64,000 nt of DNA from an uncultured virus (IMG/VR IMGVR_UViG_3300010342_000180) (lineage: Duplodnaviria > Heunggongvirae > Uroviricota > Caudoviricetes). Location: IMG/VR virus record IMGVR_UViG_3300010342_000180; one strand, written 5' to 3'. Position 1 is the first letter of the stretch; the number at the start of each line of letters is the position of its first letter. The notes beneath the pieces were generated by a model. It worked only from the letters and a program-made list of their open reading frames with translations, had not been told where the DNA came from and searched no databases. Positions 58,425 to 64,000 of the stretch are shown here, in pieces. Position numbers and translations under genes: made by a program.

Positions 58425-58677
58425 TATCAACACCATAAGAAATGATGTGGCGCATAAAAAATTAAGTAGCAAAAATAGTATTACACAATGTTTATTTGCT
58501 CCATGACTTATTGTCAAAACCGTCGAAATCTAAGTTTATTTGCTCCATGACTTATTGTCAAAACCGTCGAAATCTAACTCAAGAAAAAAAAAATAATTTT
58601 GTAGTAAAATAATTTAAAAAATCCATTGTCATATCAAAAATTTTACATATATTTGTATAGTATTAAATCAATAAAAC
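58425..58677 (+). repeat. Promoter cassette copy 1 (second copy at 61164-61593)
   Basis: Near-identical blocks TATCAACACCATAAG...CCATGACTT and AAAACC.TCGAAAT...ATAAAAC. Confidence 0.85.
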
Positions 58678-58685
58678 ATGACATT

Positions 58686-58985
58686 ATGGAAAGAATAACC
58701 GTTAAATTTCATAGAATCTATAGGTATTCTGACCCGACAAACAGGTTTAAATCTGAAATTAAATTTTATATAATAGATGATAAAATTATGGGAACAATGA
58801 TTTTGATCGGTAGTAAATTAGTGTCAATGGAGGTAATAATTGGTCCATTTGATTTTGAAGTTATTCCATGTTTTGAAAATAATTTAAGAGAGTGTGAAAA
58901 AGATGGTATAATTTCAAATTTGAGTTTTGAGGATGAGATTGAGATGATTAAAATTGAAATGCCAATAAGTCCGATGATGAATTGA
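58686..58985 (+). CDS. Hypothetical protein
   Basis: Probable start MERITVK after the cassette promoter. Confidence 0.6.
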   Translation: MERITVKFHRIYRYSDPTNRFKSEIKFYIIDDKIMGTMILIGSKLVSMEVIIGPFDFEVIPCFENNLRECEKDGIISNLSFEDEIEMIKIEMPISPMMN

Positions 58986-59134
58986 TTTTAATTAAACATT
59001 ATGAAAAAAGGTTAATAATTTGTCCACATATTTATAATTTCGATGAAATGATCATTTTTTTGATGAATAATTTGGAAATATCAAAAATTGTTTTTAAAAT
59101 TACATCATTAAATTAATTTATTTAATAATATGTT

Positions 59135-59425
59135 ATGGTAACCAAAAAACGTATGACAGGACAAGATTATCTTAAAAAATATAATGATTTGAAGTTAAGT
59201 TTATCGTCATTAGATTCACACATAACCGAGAGATTAATGTTCTTATCAAAACAATTTCCTGAGGCGATTATAATTAATTATCGAGATGATCCAATTAAAG
59301 CGAAATGTCTTACAAAAGGATGGGTAGAAAGAGAATCAATTGAAAATCGAATATTATATATTCAAAATATTGAAAAGTGGAATAGAGAACAAGAAAATAT
59401 TATACAATTAAAAATAGTAGAATAG
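59135..59425 (+). CDS. Hypothetical protein
   Basis: 96-aa ORF with its own promoter and terminator. Confidence 0.6.
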   Translation: MVTKKRMTGQDYLKKYNDLKLSLSSLDSHITERLMFLSKQFPEAIIINYRDDPIKAKCLTKGWVERESIENRILYIQNIEKWNREQENIIQLKIVE

Positions 59426-59472
59426 GTAGGTTGTCTGTTTAGTTTCATCACGTTGATTTTAAGTTGGCTAAG

Positions 59473-59505
59473 AAACCTTGTGAAGAAATTCACAAGGTTT
59501 TTTTT
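59473..59505 (+). terminator. Intrinsic terminator
   Basis: AAACCTTGTGAA-GAAA-TTCACAAGGTTT plus T tract. Confidence 0.8.
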
Positions 59506-59571
59506 ATTATTAATATAGAATATTCGATCTAAGACAAGATTTATTAAAATATCAAGTACCAAGTTTAATAT

Positions 59572-59882
59572 TATTTGCTACTTGATTATTTATTAACCAG
59601 GAAGAGATGTCCTGTTATGATGTCAAATACTATTTGCTACTTGATTATTTATTAACCAGGAAGAGATGTCCTGTTATGATGTCAAATACTATTTGCTACT
59701 TGATTATTTATTAACCAGGAAGAGATGCCCTGTTCTAATGTCAAATACCATTTGCTACTTGATTATTTATTAACCAGGAAGAGATGCCCTGTTCTAATGT
59801 CAAATACCATTTGCTACTTGATTATTTATTAACCAGGAAGAGATGCCCTGTTATGATGTCAAATACTATTTGCTACTTGATT
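59572..59882. repeat. Tandem 59-bp repeat, 5 copies plus partial
   Basis: Units at 59572, 59631, 59690, 59749, 59808, partial 59867; related copies at 57816-57918. Confidence 0.92.
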
Positions 59883-60130
59883 TCTTTTGCCCTGGCGCAG
59901 ATATGTACCGGCAATAAAAAAGTGGTGTATTTTTAAAAATAACTATTAAAAAATTTGGAAATTTGGGAATTATCATCTGAATAAATACAATTAGATGAAT
60001 TTCGGTTCATCTTTTTATTTTAAAATAATTGCTGATTGATTTTCAATTTTTTGACCACAATAAATTTTTGACAAATAATTTGGAAATCTCAAATATTTTA
60101 CTTAATATTACGGTTTTATATTTTATAATT

Positions 60131-60586
60131 ATGTTAAATTTGGAAGAAGTTTCATATGATTTATCTAAAGAGGTTAATACCAATTTCTCTAGTTATTTAA
60201 ATATGATGAAAATTAATAATAAAGATATATTGGTTTTGTCACCGATTAATCATTATTATTATAACTTTAATGAATTAGGTAATGTGAAAATATTGGTCCA
60301 AACTAAGGAATTTAATAGAATACATAATATTAATAAATTTCTTTCCGATGTTTCAAAAGTATTATCAAACAAATCAACATTTATCGGTTGTTTTGAAGAT
60401 AATAAGATTCGTAAAACCGTAACACATATTGATAAAATATTATTTTACTTATTAAACTTATCAGAAATAGGTGACAGAAAATATTTGTCAAGAAAATTTA
60501 TGTTAAACTTATTTGTAAAATATGGATTTAAGGTTGTTGATATAACAGAAATAGGTAGATATACATATTTTTGTATAAAAAAATAA
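60131..60586 (+). CDS. Hypothetical protein
   Basis: Probable start MLNLEE; contains NRIHNINKFL...FIGCFE. Confidence 0.55.
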   Translation: MLNLEEVSYDLSKEVNTNFSSYLNMMKINNKDILVLSPINHYYYNFNELGNVKILVQTKEFNRIHNINKFLSDVSKVLSNKSTFIGCFEDNKIRKTVTHIDKILFYLLNLSEIGDRKYLSRKFMLNLFVKYGFKVVDITEIGRYTYFCIKK

Positions 60587-60672
60587 CAAAAAAAATTGGA
60601 AATATCATATAAAGTTTTTATTTTTACATTGTAGGAGAAAATGATTTATCGGTATAATTAAAATTTAAAACG

Positions 60673-60888
60673 ATGGAATATAAAATTCTTGCTTCAAAAT
60701 ATCATCATAGATTAGCAGAACTAGTTAACAATCATATTAAAGATGATTGGATACCTCTTGGGAGTCATGTAATCACAGAAGTATGTAGACATAATCGTTA
60801 TAATAATGATAGCCGACATATTGAAACAATAATTGATGTTGAATATAGTCAAACGATGATTAAAAATGAAACCAAAAATCGACATTGA
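60673..60888 (+). CDS. DUF1737-like small protein
   Basis: YKIL...L...VN..IKDDW.PLG...YSQTMIK. Confidence 0.6.
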   Translation: MEYKILASKYHHRLAELVNNHIKDDWIPLGSHVITEVCRHNRYNNDSRHIETIIDVEYSQTMIKNETKNRH

Positions 60889-61069
60889 AAAATTAAGGGA
60901 AACTTATCTCGGTAAAAGGATTAAGTGTATTTGGATGAATAATCTACATCCAATACTTCCACAAACGAAAGGTACGGTTGAACATATTGATGATATGGGT
61001 ACATTACACATAAAATGGGATAATGGTAGAATACTTGGAATAAGATATTTTCATTCTCTGTTAGGTTAG
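60866..61069 (+). CDS. DUF4314-like protein
   Basis: GKRIKCIWM...GTVEHIDDMGTLHIKWDNG. Confidence 0.75.
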   Translation: MKPKIDIEKLRETYLGKRIKCIWMNNLHPILPQTKGTVEHIDDMGTLHIKWDNGRILGIRYFHSLLG

Positions 61070-61086
61070 GTTGTTTTTCATATTTG

Positions 61087-61117
61087 ACCCCCGATGTCGT
61101 GACATTGGGGGTTTTTT
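61087..61117 (+). terminator. Intrinsic terminator
   Basis: ACCCCCGATGTC...GACATTGGGGGT plus T tract. Confidence 0.8.
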
Positions 61118-61233
61118 ATTTTTAAAAATATTGGGAATTTTATTGTTTCCTCAGATCAGATTTTATCAACACCATAAGAAATGATGTGGCGCATAAAAAA
61201 TTAAGTAGCAAAAATAGTATTACACAATGTTTA

Positions 61234-61467
61234 TTTGCTCCATGACTTATTTACCAGAACCGTCGTAGAGAGTGTCGAGTAAAGAATATAGAACTCTATC
61301 TTAACTTAACTTTTGCTCCATGACTTATTTACCAGAACCGTCGTAGAGAGTGTCGAGTAAAGAATATAGAACTCTATCTTAACTTAACTTTTGCTCCATG
61401 ACTTATTTACCAGAACCGTCGTAGAGAGTGTCGAGTAAAGAATATAGAACTCTATCTTAACTTAACT
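61234..61467. repeat. Tandem 78-bp repeat, 3 copies, inside promoter cassette copy 2
   Basis: Units at 61234, 61312 and 61390 beginning TTTGCTCCATGACTT. Confidence 0.92.
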
Positions 61468-61601
61468 TTCTATTACCAAAACCATCGAAATTTAACTCAA
61501 GAAAAAAAATAATTTTGTAGTAAAATAATTTAAAAAATCCATTGTCATATCAAAAATTTTACATATATTTGTATAGTGTTAAATCAATAAAACTTAAAGT
61601 T

Positions 61602-61712
61602 ATGAAAACAAAGAAAATTGACGTACCAGAATGGAAATTATGGGTTATTTATTTCTTTCTTATGGGCACAATTATCTTAGTCAGGCATCTCATAATTTTT
61701 CATATCATTTAA
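61602..61712 (+). CDS. Small membrane protein (36 aa)
   Basis: MKTKKIDVPEWKLWVIYFFLMGTIILV..., directly after the cassette promoter. Confidence 0.5.
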   Translation: MKTKKIDVPEWKLWVIYFFLMGTIILVRHLIIFHII

Positions 61713-61778
61713 AATTAAAATAGTTGGAAATGTCATATAAAGTTTATATCTTTACACTATAAATCAAAATATGATATT

Positions 61779-62102
61779 ATGAAAACCCAAATCACCACAG
61801 TAACAAAGTATACGGTATTCAAATATCGTCCGAGTTCAACCCAATCAACAAGAATTGTAAATTTTGTAACATCCAATGGTTCAAAAACAGTTGTTAAATT
61901 TTCATATGAAACGGGTAATTCATATGAACGATTTAGGGGTGATATTTTTAACGGTGAACAACTCAATCTTGTTATGACATTTGATGATATTGATATACAA
62001 AGAAACGAATCTATGTATATGAATACAGAAACCGAAATAAAAGAACGGGTTGGACTTTTAATGACAAAAGGAATCGAATTTGTTAAACACTTAATTCAAT
62101 AA
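61779..62102 (+). CDS. Hypothetical protein
   Basis: 107-aa ORF. Confidence 0.6.
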   Translation: MKTQITTVTKYTVFKYRPSSTQSTRIVNFVTSNGSKTVVKFSYETGNSYERFRGDIFNGEQLNLVMTFDDIDIQRNESMYMNTETEIKERVGLLMTKGIEFVKHLIQ

Positions 62103-62104
62103 TT

Positions 62105-62719
62105 ATGGGATACACTACACAATTTGACGGAGTTTTTCACTTGAGTAGACGTCTTACTGAAGATGAAAAAAAATATATCAATTCATTTTCCAAAACAAGG
62201 AGAATGAAACGTGATGTTAAAAAACTTATGGAACTTCATCAGGGAAAATATGGATATCCGTTCCCTATGAATAACACCCCCGAAGCCATTTATGGTAAGG
62301 ATGGTGAATATTTCGTAGGTATTGGTCAAGAAAAAGATGGTTCAATCATTGATTACAATACCCCTCCCGGTCAGGTTGATTTCGCCGACAAAAATTTCGA
62401 CTTTAACGAAAGATTGGAAGAAAATGAAAAACGAATCTCAAGAGGAGAATGTCAACCAGGTTTATGGTGTGACTGGATAGTAACATCTTATGAATATGAA
62501 AACGAAGATGTCGTGGAATGGGATGGTGGAGAAAAATTCTACCGTTATTGTGAGTGGATAAAATATCTTATTAATCACTTCTTCTCAAAATGGGGTGTAT
62601 TACTCAATGGTAATGTTGTGTGGAGTGGTGAGGAAATAGATGATAGAGGAAGAATAACCATTGCCGACAATGTTGTTGATGTTCAGGATGCGGTAATAAC
62701 ATATGTTTCACGAAGTTAG
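62105..62719 (+). CDS. Phage hypothetical protein (MGYTT.F.G...PGLWCDW...WDGGEKFY motifs)
   Basis: 204-aa ORF with conserved-looking motifs. Confidence 0.7.
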   Translation: MGYTTQFDGVFHLSRRLTEDEKKYINSFSKTRRMKRDVKKLMELHQGKYGYPFPMNNTPEAIYGKDGEYFVGIGQEKDGSIIDYNTPPGQVDFADKNFDFNERLEENEKRISRGECQPGLWCDWIVTSYEYENEDVVEWDGGEKFYRYCEWIKYLINHFFSKWGVLLNGNVVWSGEEIDDRGRITIADNVVDVQDAVITYVSRS

Positions 62720-62738
62720 GTTTGTATTACAATTAATT

Positions 62739-62772
62739 AAAAAAGGGTACCAGATTCTGGTACCCCTTTTTT
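62739..62772 (+). terminator. Intrinsic terminator
   Basis: GGGTACCAGA/TCTGGTACCC inverted repeat flanked by A and T tracts. Confidence 0.8.
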
Positions 62773-62896
62773 ATTTATATTATTAAAAAACCTGAAATAA
62801 TTACACTTCCTAAGAGGATAGATATTGAAAACTCAAGCAGCAGAAAAAAAATTATAAAAATTAACTTATTAATTAAAAATAAATAATAAAAATTGA

Positions 62897-63366
62897 CGTA
62901 TTTTTGCTACTTGACTTTATTTAATCCAGAATAAGCCCTGGGCGCAGAAATGAATCTGGATCATCAATAAAAAACTGGCGTATTTTTGCTACTTGACTTT
63001 ATTTAATCCAGAATAAGTCCTGGGTGCAGATCTGGATCGGCAATAAAAAAAAATTATATAATAATTAAAAATAACTGTTAAAAAATTTGGAAATCTCATA
63101 TAAAATTTTTATTTTTACACCGATAATATAATATTAATAATAAAAAACTGGCGTATTTTTGCTACTTGACTTTATTTAATCCAGAATAAGCCCTGGGCGC
63201 AGAAATGAATCTGGATCATCAATAAAAAACTGGCGTATTTTTGCTACTTGACTTTATTTAATCCAGAATAAGTCCTGGGTGCAGATCTGGATCGGCAATA
63301 AAAAAAAATTATATAATAATTAAAAATAACTGTTAAAAAATTTGGAAATCTCATATAAAATTTTTA
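62897..63366. repeat. Direct repeat with 255-bp period, each copy with two internal motif units and a promoter
   Basis: Copies begin CGTATTTTTGCTACTTGAC at 62897 and 63152. Confidence 0.88.
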
Positions 63367-63403
63367 TCTTTATATGATTAAATAGTACTTTAATATATAA
63401 ACA

Positions 63404-63526
63404 ATGATTGAAACAATTTTAATATTAACATCAATTTGGGTCTCTTTTATTGTTATTAGTTCACGTATTGCAATATTAATTTATAAAATAAACAAAAATG
63501 AAAACATTAGTCATTCATCCAGATGA
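63404..63526 (+). CDS. Small membrane protein (40 aa)
   Basis: MIETILILTSIWVSFIVISSRIAILIY... Confidence 0.45.
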   Translation: MIETILILTSIWVSFIVISSRIAILIYKINKNENISHSSR

Positions 63527-64000
63527 TAGAACAACAGATTTTTTAAAAACCATATATGAAGGTAAGGATTATACTGTTATAACTGATAGAAATATTCCAA
63601 TTGTGTATGTTTTAAAGCAAATGAAACTACATGACAGAATGATTATGATGGGACATGGTGGTCCAACTGGATTAATTGGATATTTCTATTTATTTAGAAC
63701 CCCTGAATTTATTGGATTATTAAGAAAGATGTTATGTATTTGCATATGGTGCAATGCCGATCAATATGTTGAAAGATTTGGTATTACAGGATTTTACACG
63801 GGTATGTTTATAAGTGAAGTATCTGAAGCCGCATATCTTGGTATAAAAACAACACAAAAAGAAATAGATTATTCAAATATTCTTTTTGTTAATCATTTCC
63901 GTAATGTGATAGATTCTCCAACAATTTATTCTGATATTAAACGATTATATATGGATGAAAACTCCGATATTGTTAAGTTTAATAATGAAAGATTGTTTTA
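63498..64000 (+). CDS. Phage hypothetical protein, runs off the window
   Basis: MKTLVIHPDDRTTDFL...MGHG...IWCNAD...FYTGMFISE, open to the end. Confidence 0.7.
   Translation, partial: MKTLVIHPDDRTTDFLKTIYEGKDYTVITDRNIPIVYVLKQMKLHDRMIMMGHGGPTGLIGYFYLFRTPEFIGLLRKMLCICIWCNADQYVERFGITGFYTGMFISEVSEAAYLGIKTTQKEIDYSNILFVNHFRNVIDSPTIYSDIKRLYMDENSDIVKFNNERLF

Noticed and set aside
59572..61467. CRISPR array in the 59-bp and 78-bp repeats
   Set aside because: The units are near-identical along their whole length with no unique spacers, and no cas genes are present.
58353..62730. AGGTTG...TTTCAT-like sequences after small genes, possibly antisense to start regions
   Set aside because: The complementarity is short and inconsistent between genes.
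1..64000. Alternative genetic code (TAG or TGA recoding)
   Set aside because: Long genes are intact in code 11, TAG and TGA occur as plausible stops, and no suppressor tRNA is seen.

Overview
This is a strongly AT-rich 64-kb segment that reads as part of a jumbo/huge tailed phage infecting Bacteroidota. The basis is Bacteroidota sigmaA-type promoters (TTTG-N19/20-TAnnTTTG), a Bacteroidota-type IS1595 at the left edge, phage-type orphan genes, thyA, two tRNA clusters, a tmRNA and a disrupted CCA-adding enzyme; no core cellular operons are present. Other content: two large glycosylation clusters (~17-29 kb and ~36.5-47 kb), several peptidoglycan-directed proteins, a secreted beta-helix/FN3 protein, and a repeat-rich right end (56.4-64 kb) of small promoter-gene-terminator modules carrying about 29 copies of a TTTGCTACTTGA-like motif. 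The main discovery is that each tRNA cluster is preceded by a host-type promoter, a short leader peptide rich in codons for the amino acids of the downstream tRNAs, an antiterminator segment inside the leader ORF, an intrinsic terminator and a boxA-like GTTCTTTGA. The Asp/Glu leader precedes tRNA-Asp and tRNA-Glu; the Leu/Gln/Pro/His leader precedes tRNA-Pro, His, Leu and Gln. This looks like ribosome-mediated transcription attenuation that switches on phage tRNA genes when the matching charged tRNAs run short. All calls were made by eye, without database searches or folding software.
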